A DNA stretch of 64,000 nucleotides, taken from positions 26,982,070-27,046,069 of the forward strand of contig NC_092671.1 of the NCBI RefSeq assembly GCF_964355755.1. The letters run 5' to 3'. This document shows, piece after piece, positions 1 through 12,256 of the stretch; position 1 is the first letter of the stretch, and each line of letters begins with the position of its first letter. The notes beneath the pieces are model-generated. The model was not told the origin of the DNA and searched no databases. It saw only the letters and a program-made list of their open reading frames with translations. Source of the stretch: Antedon mediterranea (Eukaryota; Animalia; Echinodermata). A program made the position numbers and the translations under genes.

Positions 1-443
1 AGGAACAATGCTAACATGTAATAACATTTTTTTTTTATAAAGTTTTAAGTATTTCTGAAGGTTCAAATAAAATAGATGTATTTATTTTGCAGCCTGTAAA
101 TTGCAGAAAAAAGGTTGTGGAAAATAGATTGGTGGAACCAATTCCAAAATACTTAAATAGGTTGAAATGAAGAGTTTACAATAATTCAGAATGCCTAAAC
201 AGTACATACAACTAAACAATAACAAATATAACAGTAACAAAATACAATGCATCAAATCTAAATTTATTCAATTAATACCCTTTTCACATCAGCAAAAACT
301 AACAACTTGTTACTTTTTAACAATTTATGCCTTTGCCAATTTATGTAAAAAGGGTTATTAAAGTTTAATATTTTCATAAATAATATTTTCCTTATTCTTC
401 ACACACTGTACTGTATATGTAGCAGTAACATTGGTCTTTACAG

Positions 444-3400
444 GATTATGATGATAATATCAAAAAGATACCTACTGCATGTATTACTGTTGAAGATGCT
501 GAGATGTTGGATAGAATGGCAAATAGAGGTAATATTAAATTACTGGTCTCCCTGCAATTAAAGACCATTGCACTGCGGCCCTGGGTTATCGTCTATAAAT
601 CTTTTAACATTAGCTTCTCCCTCTAATGATTGACTCCCTCTAATTAGAGACCAAATAGGCCAATACATCTTGGATCAAAATGTATGCTTTAATATAGCTG
701 TTACAAATTTGATTTGAAATATCACCTATAATTTATCTGTTCTGTTTTTTCTTGTGCAACTTTTGTCTCTAGGAACAAAGATTGTAATTCGTTTAAAAAT
801 GGATGCTAAAAATCTACCTCCGGTTACGTCTCGGAACACAGTGGCTGAAATCAGAGGAAGTAAATATCCTGACGAGGTACTGTACTAATTTTTGTTTCCA
901 AAAACACAGTAGCAAGAACCTGACTTGCAAGATGTGAAACAAACCTATCAATCCAGTTCAGCAAAGTTTCAAAATCATTTGTTTTGTTTTATTTAAATTA
1001 GGTTGTGTTAATATCAGGTCATCTTGATAGCTGGGATGTGGGTCAGGGTGCAATGGACGACGGTGGTGGCGCTTTCATATCATGGCAGGTAATGATTTTT
1101 CAGAATTCGTATTTTCATTTTTATTTTTTTTTAGAAAATCTTTTTTTTTTTTTGTGGCTTGCACTACCTTTATTATTATTATTATTTAAAGTCACAATAC
1201 AAACTTGTTACTTCTCAATTTAACATCAACAGTGATGTTATTCATGTTTTAATTTATTTATTAAAAAAATTGAAAATAATATCAATAATTATACACATTC
1301 ATATGCACTTTTAAAAAATAAAAAATATATATCATTTAATAAATCATTACCTATAAGCAAGAGTTTTTTCTTTCTTACACCTTTATTTGAATTAATAATT
1401 TATAATACTCACAGAGCTTGTAATTTGCAATGACTAAACTATGTATGTCACTTCATTATGCATGTGTCCTCACTCCTCACCTCACCTTAGGTCCAGACTA
1501 CATATCGATTGACCTGACCTACGTTGGTTCTTGGTTGTCGCAAATCAAATGCTTCCTATTGTTAACTCTGTTAAAGCTCTACAACTTTATGTGACAAAAA
1601 AAATGTGATGTGACCATATATGGACATGATGACGTCATATCACTATTATCATTTGGGCACATACTCACTTGTCAAACTAGTTTGATAGTGTAGACCAAGC
1701 TTAAGGCGCTGTAAAAACTTTGACCTAGCTATATACTTGTACATTATTCATAACAGGTTTCAAAGACATTTTAAGCAAAGCATTGGGATAAAATAATGTG
1801 TTTACTTATGTATTTGTGTTTGCTAGGCGTTGTCTATTATGCAGCAGCTTGGTTTACGCCCAAAGCGTACTGTAAGAGCAGTGCTGTGGACAGCTGAAGA
1901 AGTTGGCTTAGTTGGTTCACAACAATATTATCAGAGGCACAAGGTAACAAAACTGAGGTTTGAGCACGTATCAATTTTTTAAAGCACTTATTATTATACA
2001 ATAAATTAAATACCGTATTTATTAGAAAAAATTCCCTGTTTTGAGTAAGCAGTCATCGTTAAATTTACTCCCAGCTGGGAGAAACGAATTTGAGTATCGA
2101 CCCATCCGCACTGAGTCTACCGCTTCTACCAATGTGGCAGTGAGGAAGATCAGGATGAAGGGGGTGGCACTCTTCTTCAATCGTTCACGGTAGCAAATCG
2201 TAGACTGACTCCATCGGCGACAACGAGCCAATCACTCCTATTTCTCTTTCCAACACCTTACATATACAGCCCTTATCTCCCTTGGTTATATGCCCACCCC
2301 AACCTAACAAACAATAATCCCAGATTAAAAAAATAACAGATGAATAAAACAGTATGCTAAATAATTGCATAAACGAGTTAATGTAAATACTGCAGTAACT
2401 GCAGGAGAATAATTTTTGACATAAGCCCATAATGAGGTTTTCATTTTTGCTATTACTCTGTAAGGAAATTAAATCTTAATGAATCCATTGATTTGTCTTG
2501 TAGGTTAACATAAGCAACTATGATTTTGTAATGGAATCGGATATGGGAACATTTAAGCCTTATGGCATTCAGTTTAAAGGTTAGATCTCCATATCACACA
2601 CATAATTATTATCATCATAACTTATCGTGAGGGTACCTCCCTTGATTGTCAGCATATGCTGTTTAGGGTCACCATCTATAAACAAGGTTAAATAAATAAA
2701 TCATATTTTATATATTTTTGCAATTTCTGTCACCAAGTCAGTTTTATTGCTGACATTTTATAAACAGCATATTATTTTTCTATTTATTTTCTATTTATAT
2801 AATTACAATATCTTGACAGGGGCTGGTTAAGCACATCAAAAGATGACAGTTTTGTATAATTACAATATCTTGACAGGGGCTGGTTAAGCACATCAAAAGA
2901 TGACAGTTTTATTATTTTTGCTTTTCCGCTACACAAATAACCATGTGTGGTTTCAAACAATGCTCCAAATCATGTGAATAAATTTGCATTGTTTTTTTTG
3001 TTGCAAACAAAACCGTTGCATTTGCTCAAACATATTCACTTAGTGTGAATCAGGCTTTGTTGTCTTTTTAACACAGGTTCACAAGATGCAACAGCAGTTA
3101 TGAAGGAAGTTGTAAGCTTGTTATCATCGATAAATGCAACAACGCTAAGTGACGATCCTGAGGGTGGTGATGTATCATTCTGGATTCAAAATGGGGTCCC
3201 AGGTGGCAGCCTTTTAAATGAAAATCAACGATACTTTTGGTTTCATCATTCTGATGGTATGATATTGAATTTTTCTTTTTGAATCTAGTCTATCACTTAC
3301 CATAATTAATAGAATCAATGCCCCGCTTTGAATTAATATCATTTTGAATAAACGCCCCAAAGGCCTTATTTATTTCCTTGAATGAATGCCCCGCCACATG

Positions 3401-3978
3401 CATATACACAATATTATATTACAACACATTTTTATTTAGAGTAGAATTCGGGTCTGTTTCTGCTGCATAATGCAAATTAACCGTTTATTTTTAAATGGAT
3501 TGAAAATAACAATACCGCGTTTCTGCTTAATTTGTGCTCCGAAATAACTGGTTAAATCAATGGGTGGTCGTTGACAACAATTTAGAAAGTTAGAATTACC
3601 CAAAAAGCAATTGGTCCTGGCGGTTAATTCAAACGTTACTGCCGTGTAGTTGACTCGGGGTCAGCAGCTATCAATCAAATAACCGTTATTTTGTGTTGTA
3701 GCTAAAAGTTTCCCAGCGATAACTGGTTAAATGGAGTTCTGACACTGAATTGAATGGGTGTTTTTAACCGGTTATTCTGCGCTGCCTTTTACCCGGTTAC
3801 CACAAATTTGTCCTGTTATTAATTGTAATATTTTTACCTAATACAATATGTTTTATCTATATATTTCACAGGTGACACAATGTCTGTGCAGAGTTCGTAT
3901 GAAATGGACTTGTGTGTAGCCGTGTGGACTGTTGTAACTTATGTTATTGCTGATTTGGATGAAATGTTACCTCGATAA
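444..3978 (+). CDS. CPQ: Carboxypeptidase Q / plasma glutamate carboxypeptidase (M28 peptidase), 3' part; 5' exons lie upstream of the window
   Basis: Exons 444-528, 773-876, 1002-1088, 1827-1943, 2504-2579, 3077-3256 and 3872-3978, all AG/GT bounded and in phase. Translation includes [98 protein letters not shown] and [10 protein letters not shown], matching the vertebrate CPQ zinc-binding motifs. Confidence 0.96.
1572..1703. mobile_element. PIF/Harbinger-like MITE (AGCTCTGTCTACACTATCAAACT family), degenerate copy
   Basis: Shares its internal sequence and the terminus AGTTTGATAGTGTAGAC with copies at ~8876-9010, ~27205-27290 and ~47960-48109. TAA/TTA flanks. Confidence 0.65.
2026..2238 (-). 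ncRNA. Candidate structured Pol III-type ncRNA (7SK-like hypothesis), antisense within a CPQ intron
   Basis: GC-richer island. The minus strand starts GGAGUG about 20-28 nt downstream of a TATA-like TATATGTAAG (2266-2257) and ends in T6 (2031-2026). It forms a long hairpin with several G-U pairs that work only on the minus strand, plus a 3' hairpin before the U-tail. Confidence 0.6.
2798..2912. repeat. Tandem duplication, ~57-bp unit x2
   Basis: TATAATTACAATATCTTGACAGGGGCTGGTTAAGCACATCAAAAGATGACAGTTTT occurs twice head-to-tail. Confidence 0.9.
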
Positions 3979-4615
3979 CATAATTCAATCATAATAATAT
4001 TATTTATTTTAATCACTTTTCAGTCCAAGAAGAACCTACATTTTTTGGTATAGACATAATTCCGTAAAACCTTTAAAGAAGCCCTTCTTGTTTTAAGACT
4101 CTTGGGTCAGTTTTTTTTCGAGATGGTCTTCCTTTCAAGAACAAAAGAGGGACAAATTGGACAATATTGATGTATACGAAATTCAGCAAAAGTTTGGCCT
4201 ATCAACATGAAAACTCAAATGTCATTATTTACCTATTGATATATTTCATCCTAAGACTATCAAATCAACTGTATTTGTTACAGTACATGGAATAAGAAAA
4301 AAGGAATTAGTCTGTTTAAGATTATTAGATAATATTGTATAACGCTCACGTTTGGTTTATTAGAATATACATTTTTATTTATTTGTTTAACCATTTTCTT
4401 TTTATTTTTATTATAAAGTAAGATTGCTTGTAGGAGATCAACAAAAGAAGAAGCCAAATTAAATTCATGTAACTAGTAGTTATAAAAATAATATATTTAT
4501 TTGCTTTAACCAATTTCTGATAATATTATACATTTTAATGATTTGTAGAAAAATAGTTAATTTCAAAGTACATTGTGATATTTCGTAAAAACGATTATTG
4601 AATTGAAAATTATTA

Positions 4616-5640
4616 TTAGATTGATTGCATTTTATTAAAATAATGTAATTTCTTTATGGGACAGCTGAGTGAATTACAAAGTGTTGATCCTGATGGTACA
4701 GCCGATGTTAATATTCCATGGCCTTGGTACGATACCGATATATTTTGCCACTCTCCGCATAACGAAGATTCGGATGTTTCTCTGTTGTGGTAATAAATAC
4801 ACAAATTGCTTTGCCATTCTCAGCTGAATGAAACACTCGACTAAGTAGTGTAACCGTCAAAATCATACGTATCAACAACGGCCAATTCGATTGCGGCATG
4901 AATTCAGAATGTGATCCAACTGGGGCATATACATCATTTTGAAAGCTGGTGATGTAATGATGACTTCTGACGAAATATGATAGGCACAAAGCTCGAGAAG
5001 TGTCACTATCTTCACCTAGGAGAGGCATTACGGCAGTTTGCCGGCTCATGCTGGGAATAACGAGATGCATTAAACCACACAGGGCTTGGTAAATATGGTA
5101 TAGCAACCAGTATGCACCAGATGCTGGTGTTTCATTTAATGTTGTCACACTTTGGTTCTCAACACCATTGCTGTCAGCAAATAGCATCCAAATTCTGGTA
5201 AGCAATACAAAGATTAATCGGGCTTGTTCACTTTCAAAGATCATATGCACTGAAGACTGTAAAGGCTTATAACCAGCTTGTTGTAGTAGATGGCCGATAT
5301 GCAATGATGCTGTTGATAGACACGCTGGTCATCTGCTGGGTTTCAATCGCACAATGTGTTTTCATGACGGCTCTTGCATGGACTGAACCAACATTCTTTA
5401 CCACAGAGTTGGCAAACTGACCTTTAACAAGTGGTTGAATGAGTGATGGAACCGATTTGATTGCGTCCATGTTAAACTCTTTCTAATGATGTTTAGTGCG
5501 GCAATGTGATCAGGTTCTGAATTGGCATTGGAAATGTTATCGTTCTGCTGACAGCTGTTGTCCAAGATGACCAGAGCTCTGGCGTATTGATGTCCAACGT
5601 TGGGTCTGGGGTTTTACCAATGAAGTCACGTCATCGGAAC
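4616..5640 (-). pseudogene. Decayed intronless coding-like segment of unknown origin
   Basis: About 1 kb with higher GC than its flanks. Overlapping minus-strand ORFs in different frames (5267-5470, 4708-5304, 4616-4804) suggest a frameshifted reading frame. No family recognised. Confidence 0.4.
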
Positions 5641-6824
5641 TACTTTTTAAACAAAGTATTAAAACGAGAGTGCCTGTTGGTAAATAACATCCAATTATTT
5701 AAAAATTCCTATACCAGATTAATGTTTCTTTTATTTTAATTTCGGATGTTGTACCTTTATGTGTAAAAAAAGAAATAGTATATTTATCTTTTTTTACCAC
5801 TCCTTTTAAATATATTTCTTAGTCGTCCGGGCATAATCTATAAGAACGATGTACTGTGTACTTGATCTATTATTTATAAATGATACATAAAATAATATAT
5901 TGGTTGATAATAAATATGAAAGTTAAAATAAATATTAACAACATTTAATTAAATAAATTTTTTACCAAAATCAATTTTCTGGTAACTTATTGAACTTGAA
6001 ATGTCTGTATTCAATACAAATAATATAAAATGTAAATATAAACAGGGGTATTTTTCCACAAAATGGGAAAAATTTTCATGGGATACACTAGGCCTATGCC
6101 TATTTGCCATCAACTGCAGCTGGCATATAGGCTAGTTTGGGAACTTCAAGAAAAATGGGTTATTCGCACCTTCGAACTCACCCATCCCCTCCCCTCCCTA
6201 CCAATTCAAGTCGGCCCCGGCCCTCCCTAAATTTTGCAAATTAAAATGCAAAAGATGAGACACTATTTTCAGTTGGGCACTTTATTTTTTTTTACTTATT
6301 ATATATTTACGCTGCGGATTAATATTGAAAATATGCGTTTTCAGGCGAGAATATTTCAAAATAACAGTACCTCTAGATAGGTGTCTAGAAATCGCATTCT
6401 TTTTAAAAATCTTACAACTTCGTCAAATCAGACTCATGGTTAATTCAAGTTGAGACTGAGGTGGTGGATCCTGTGGCTGTATTCACACTTAGGCTAAGGG
6501 TAATACTTACCCTTGAAATTAAGAATTCCCTTAACAAAGTGAAACACTTTAGGGGCATTCACATTCACTTACTTACCTAAGGAAAATACTTAATTTAAAT
6601 AATCATTAATATTTATGAGTTTCCACTTCTATCCAATCACATGGCCTACATGCTATTATTAACAAACCAAACTTCTGTGTAGGCAACCCTCTGTGTTTAG
6701 GCATACATATCCTAGGCTGGTTGCGATACTGGGCATAGCATCTCTACCTAGACTCTGAATGTCAAAAAATAGGAAAAGGAAAATAGACCAAGTTAAGGAT
6801 TTCAAATAACTTTAAACCTTGAGT

Positions 6825-7078
6825 ATGTCGAGTGAGTGAACAGACTTGTCAGTAGTGGAGTTTTGGCTACCACTTCAATGGTCCTGGGTCCTGGACCCGT
6901 CACATGTCAGGATTTTTTCTAAGGACAAAATTTACAACTACACTCCCACAGACTTGTAATAAGACTTTGTTTATGTAGAGCATATTGTGTATATGTTTGT
7001 CTTGTGAACCTCTGAGGGTCCCTAATGATCAGCATTGCTGGATGGATCACCCTCAAATATAAAATATAAATATAAATA
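6825..7078 (+). mobile_element. Degenerate tRNA-derived SINE-like repeat
   Basis: A/B-box-like head (CGAGTGAGTGAA...GGTCCTGGGTCCTGGACCC), a 3' hairpin GAGGGT...ACCCTC and an (AAATAT)n tail. A similar 3' end occurs at ~2628-2700. Confidence 0.4.
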
Positions 7079-7240
7079 TGGTTCTATCTAAAATTATTCA
7101 GTACGCTAACACTACTATCAATTGTAGTCAGTTATTTACCAACTGAGCTTTAATTGATTGAATTCTACTTTATAAAAGGGTCTTTTATATGTATTTTACT
7201 GCTCCCCCCGTTTAAAAAATCCTCAATCCGTGCTTATGTT

Positions 7241-7345
7241 GCCGTTCGACACTACGGGGCGCCGTTCCACACTACGGGGGGGGGGGGGGGGGCGTTCCAC
7301 ACTACGGGGCGCCGTTCCACACTACGGGGCGCCGTTCGACACTAC
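7241..7345. repeat. GC-rich 20-bp tandem repeat (GCCGTTCSACACTACGGGGC) with a poly-G expansion
   Basis: About 5 copies are directly visible. Confidence 0.85.
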
Positions 7346-7869
7346 TCGTTTTTTCTTACAAACCATGGTGTAAAAGACAAACTATAGTTTAGACAAACCA
7401 TGGTTGTTTAAAGACATGAAAAAACATGAAAATTGATAAAATTAAATCAGACTTTGAATAGGTTATTTTGTAGTTTTAATCAAGTTAATCACTTCCGTAG
7501 AAAAAAATAATGTTTTCACTTACAAAATGACAAAATAAATGGTTAAATTCAACCAAAAACCCATTGGCTGGCAGCCAAATTGACTATTTTTCGCTTTAAA
7601 TTACAGTTTTTTAGGTAAATACATTTTCGTATTCGATCCAAATTTTAGTCAAAGTGGTTGAACTATTAGGTGACATTAAAATGGCATATTCAATTTAAAA
7701 AAAATGTAAGTATTATTTTTTCAGGAGCACAATATTTAATTTGTTGTCGTGGTATAGGCCTATACTGTACAACATTGGTTTGTCTTTTTACACTGAACCA
7801 TTTTATCAATAAAAAGACAAACCACAGTAATTTATGGTATGACTACTTATATTACTATTTTATTTATTA

Positions 7870-8624
7870 CTAGCAATTATACCCGCCCCAGGGCGGGTTT
7901 CAACATTGATTTAAAACCTTCTCAGTACATAACTGTATACCACTCACCTACCTCCATCCCTCTTCAATAACATAACACTCTTTTTTTTTAAACAAATTCT
8001 TCCCAGGACAACTTCAGCTTCAAAATGAGAGTGGTATACATAGCTGTGATAGGCCTATGGTTTAAGTACGTTGTAAACTGTGTAAATGAATAGGTGTCAC
8101 TGATAATTAAAATCTAATTTTGGTATTGCAGCCCCCAGCCTTCTTTCTCTTCTAACCATCCCAGCCACAATTAACTAACCTTAACTCTACTCCAGGACAG
8201 TTCAAATGTAGTAACTTTTCCTAGTACAATTCCAATCATATACTTCATTACGCCAGTATTTCCGCTCCCCCTTCTCTCCCCTCCTTCCTCCTCCCTCAAC
8301 ATACCCAAGATACTGGGTGATGTATTTAGACGGTTCCAGTAGGCCTACTATTTAATAATAATGTTAGCCATCACTCCCAACCCATAATCCCTCAGTGGCA
8401 GTTTTCAAATGTAGTTTAAAACATTCCCAGTACAGTTTCAGTCATGGTGATAGGCCTACAACCCCTCCCAGCCCCTTCCCAGTGATAATTAAAATAATAA
8501 TAATTAACAATTTTCCTATCATTTTGATACTCGATATGTTAGGTTGGTTACGTGCAGTAACAAAAATTTGTATAACGAACAAACAAACAAACAGACAAAC
8601 TCTCTCACTTATAATATCGATAGA
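7870..8624 (-). mobile_element. Non-autonomous Helitron (Lep1-like architecture)
   Basis: Minus strand begins TC(TATCGATATTATAAG), followed by a (GTTT/GTCT)n microsatellite. It ends with the GC hairpin ACCCGCCC-CA-GGGCGGGT (7881-7898) and a terminal CTAG (7870-7873) inserted between A and T. Confidence 0.75.
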
Positions 8625-8875
8625 TAGATCGATAGATGGTGTGTGTAATACAGAATAGGTAGTGTATCGGACGGCTAATTTGTTTTTTATCGAAAACTAT
8701 GGTTTGTAAAAGACGCAAATTGAATGTTCAAACATTGTTAAAATTGCAAAAAGTTACTCAACTTGTACTTGTCCTACTAATCGAATTAGATTTTGAGAAG
8801 AGTTAAAATAACGCAAATCTGACACTGTGGTATTAACTATTAGACAAACACTAGGCCTATAGTTTGTAGAGCATA

Positions 8876-9010
8876 AAGCTCTGTCTACACTATCAAACTT
8901 TACGTGACAAAAAATGTGGTGTGCCCATAATGAGTTGGACACGATGATTACCATATTTGGGCACATCACACTTTTTTTGTCACGTAAAGTTTGATAGTGT
9001 ACACAGAGCA
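8876..9010. mobile_element. PIF/Harbinger-like MITE (AGCTCTGTCTACACTATCAAACT family)
   Basis: TIRs GCTCTGTCTACACTATCAAACT / AGTTTGATAGTGTACACAGAGC. Confidence 0.75.
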
Positions 9011-9127
9011 TACAAATAAACGATGAGTCAAAATACAAACACTTGGTGTTTATAAAAAACAAAATGGTTTGTAAAATACGAACTATGGTTTAAAAATACA
9101 AGTTTGTTAAAGACATGGTCTGTATAG

Positions 9128-10507
9128 CAGGCCCGTATGCAGCATTTATAATGGGGGGGGGGGTGCGAGCGAAGCGAGCAACAATGGCTGGGGGCCAGGG
9201 GGACGCCAAGGGCCCCCGGTGAGGGTCCAGGGGCCGAAGGCCCTGGCAAAATTTGCGTTATTTGACGTTCTAAAGACTGATTTAAGACTCTCTGTTGTGG
9301 CTTGGGCTAGTTGAACGATGGACACCAGAACTTAACGCTTTCATGATGAGGCCAACTCAGCAGGGGTGGCGCCAGGATCTTCCCGACGCAGGGGCTACAT
9401 TCCCCGACGAGGGGGCTATGCGAGCGAAGTGAGCATCATCACTAGGCTGAGGGGGCCAGGGGGCCGCCAAGGGCCCCCGGTGGGGGTCCAGGGGGCGAAG
9501 CCCCCGGAAGCAACGCGTTCTAGCGTCATTTGAGGTCTTTTTAATCAGATTTAGGGTAGCCATTTTTTCCATTTTTTATAATGCATAAATAAAATACTGC
9601 GTGCAAAAAAACGATGCGCGATGACTGTTTCAATCCATATTTTTCAATTTAAAAAATAAAAGTTCAAAGAAAATTTAGAAAAATAGAGTTGGAGGTCCCA
9701 GAAATTGGACTTATTATACTTCAAAACATGAAAAAAATATATAAGTCCCTATCATGGGTTGTGACTGAGCTAAGAAATGTTTGAAAAATAGAGATGTTAG
9801 GTCCCGGAAAATGTACTTCTTGTTCTTCGAAATATGACCAGCTTTATTGTTGGGGCTGAGCTAAGAAAATGTTTAAAACTAGAGCTGCAGGTCTTCAAAA
9901 AATTTCATTTTATACTTTGGAAACATCAGGCCTAGAGGCTTAAAAAACGCAAGCGTAGACCTTTTTCAGTCGGGGAAATAAGTTTATTCCTCCCAGGTGT
10001 ATGCATGCGTACCATCTGGACTTCCGAGTGGTGAGAAATTCATGACATGCAGTTACAGGATATTGAAAATGTAATAACTATAGCTATAATGTTGGCTAAG
10101 CGAAAATGGCATGTTTTTGTTGTTTAGTAATGGATGAAAAATTTATTTTAGGTGCCCCACGGTACAGAAGGTTACTTGTAAATTAAAAAATTGGTGAACA
10201 AACGAACAATTAACATAATTCGTTTTTGTAAGCCAACTATCAAAATGGTTATGAACGAGTTAAAAAGGTTTTATGAAACAGAACAATTTATTTATCATCA
10301 GAATTTTGAGGACAGTATTTTTAATAGAAAATGGATAAAATTAGAAGAATTTATAAATCAAATATAAAATGGTTTATAGAGTAGAATAATTTTTATGAAC
10401 CTTTATTTAATTTGTTAGATGGATATCTTTGTTGTTTTTGTTTGTTGCTTTTTATTTTAATTTTTTATTTGATTATGTTTTTCCTTTGTAATGTATTATA
10501 TGATGAA

Positions 10508-10546
<39 letters not shown>

Positions 10547-11402
10547 ATTCGTTTTTGCTGTAGTGTAGCGTACGTCGACGCAGTACACGACGTAACCGTC
10601 GGTAAACTTCGCCTGGAAAATAACACATTACACATTTTGGTCCCTGGATGAAACTTGATATCACGCGTCTCGACCCAACGTTGAACGATTCGTACAAAGG
10701 GATACCGCCAGACAAGTGCGTACCTAGCTAATGTTTAGTAGTAAGTTAGATCGCTGGCAATAATGAATGCATAAAAATGCATATTAGCCCTCTGACGTAC
10801 TCTCACGGTCAATGGAACGTCGTGGTTTTTTACTGTATATTATATTCCCCGACAAAAAGTACCCGTGTTCCCCGACGGGGGGAGGGGGGGGGGGGGGGGC
10901 TAGGCTCCCCGACGAGGGGGATAGAGCCCCCGTAGCCCCCCCCCCCCCCCCGCTGGCGCCAACACTGCAACTCAGACAGCGTCGTACGACGCTGTCTGAG
11001 TTGGCCTTCCCTTGTTGCGCCGTATTCGATAGTGTCTGTATTTCCAGACACGTCTTTACCGCCGGTTAAGTTGTCTGTATTTCTCCAGCAAACACTTTAC
11101 CGCGTACCGCGTACATGAAGCGCTAAGCTATTCTTGTCGTCACATGATCGACTGCGCATGTTTTACATCGAGTTTGTAGTCAGTTCAGATTCCCTAATTT
11201 AATTACCGGTATTTTTTCATTTTATATTAGCATATTTTTGTTTGTATACCATTGATAATGTAAATTTTGTATATATATATAATGATATTGTCTTTAATTA
11301 AACAAGACAAGAAAAAATACCAACCGAGGAAATAGTGGACCTTTTTGGACTTGGGGGGGGGGGGGGGGTGCGTCCAACGCATCCCCCCTGGATACGGGCC
11401 TG
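9128..11402. mobile_element. hAT-like non-autonomous element (outer), host of nested insertions
   Basis: TIRs CAGGCCCGTATGCAG (9128) / CTGGATACGGGCCTG (ends 11402) with poly-G/C subterminal tracts. No clean TSD was found. Confidence 0.6.
9361..10967. mobile_element. hAT non-autonomous DNA transposon with 8-bp TSD
   Basis: TIRs CAGGGGTGGCGCCAG / CTGGCGCCAACACTG. Perfect 8-bp TSD CAACTCAG at 9353-9360 and 10968-10975. Subterminal CCCGACG repeats at both ends. Confidence 0.88.
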
Positions 11403-12256
11403 ATAAGACAACCCATGGTTTGGAAGGGGAAACCATGGTTTGTCTTAAAAAACAAATTCTTGCGTGATTACTTTTGCAAATAATAAATGAGCTTCTTTTC
11501 GAGGTTTTTAACAGTATTTTATTGATCATATTGTTTTTAGGCTATTTTAGGCCTAATGTCAGAACAATGTTTATTATCAGGGAATTATGAAGACGATTAC
11601 TTAATTAGCCTATTACTTTTCCATATAGGCCTACCACCTCCTATATATCTCATCACGGCAGTCTGTAAAGTCTAGGCCTATAGATTTAGCAGTTTTTGCA
11701 TCGAAAAAAATTAACACTTAAATGTAATGGTAGTATAGCCATTTTCCTAGTAGGGCTATCATCAGCAATGAAAAAAGTAGTCTGAAGACCGGATGACGAC
11801 GGAGAGTCTTTTTAATTGTTTTATTAAAGTTCATACCAATAGGCCTAGTTACGGCTATTGCATTTTAAGTGTTTTTGACTGATGTTTTCTTTATATATTT
11901 AATATGCCTACAAAATGCCTAAAAAAGTATTTAATATGAAATTATTGTCCCCAAAAACATGAAAAATTAATTTAAAAAATTGGTCTCGGACCCATTGGTG
12001 AATGACTACACTGATTTTTTAATTTTTTTTTCTCGATCCAATTCATTTGGATTAAAATAGAATTATTCAACAACAACAGAAATTATTTGTTTATGAGCAT
12101 GATCGCTTTCTTTCTTTCTACAGTGATCGCCACTCGTTTTTGAACAGTTTAAACCCCATTTTTGTAAACAAACTGCTTCGCGCGTTATTTAAACACATTG
12201 CATTATGGGAAGCACGTGGGAACCAAAATCTACCATTTCATCGCCGAAGTACGAAG

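Noticed and set aside
2022-2430. ORFs 2022-2231 and 2185-2430 as proteins; RNase MRP identity for the structured RNA
   Set aside because: The ORFs show no recognisable protein features. An AGAGUGCCAC match to human MRP exists, but the P4 motifs (GAAAGUCCCC / GGGGCUCA) are absent.
10412-11529. ORFs with poly-K, poly-F, poly-G and poly-P runs; poly-G tracts as functional G-quadruplexes
   Set aside because: They derive from homopolymer tracts inside non-autonomous transposons, with no independent support.
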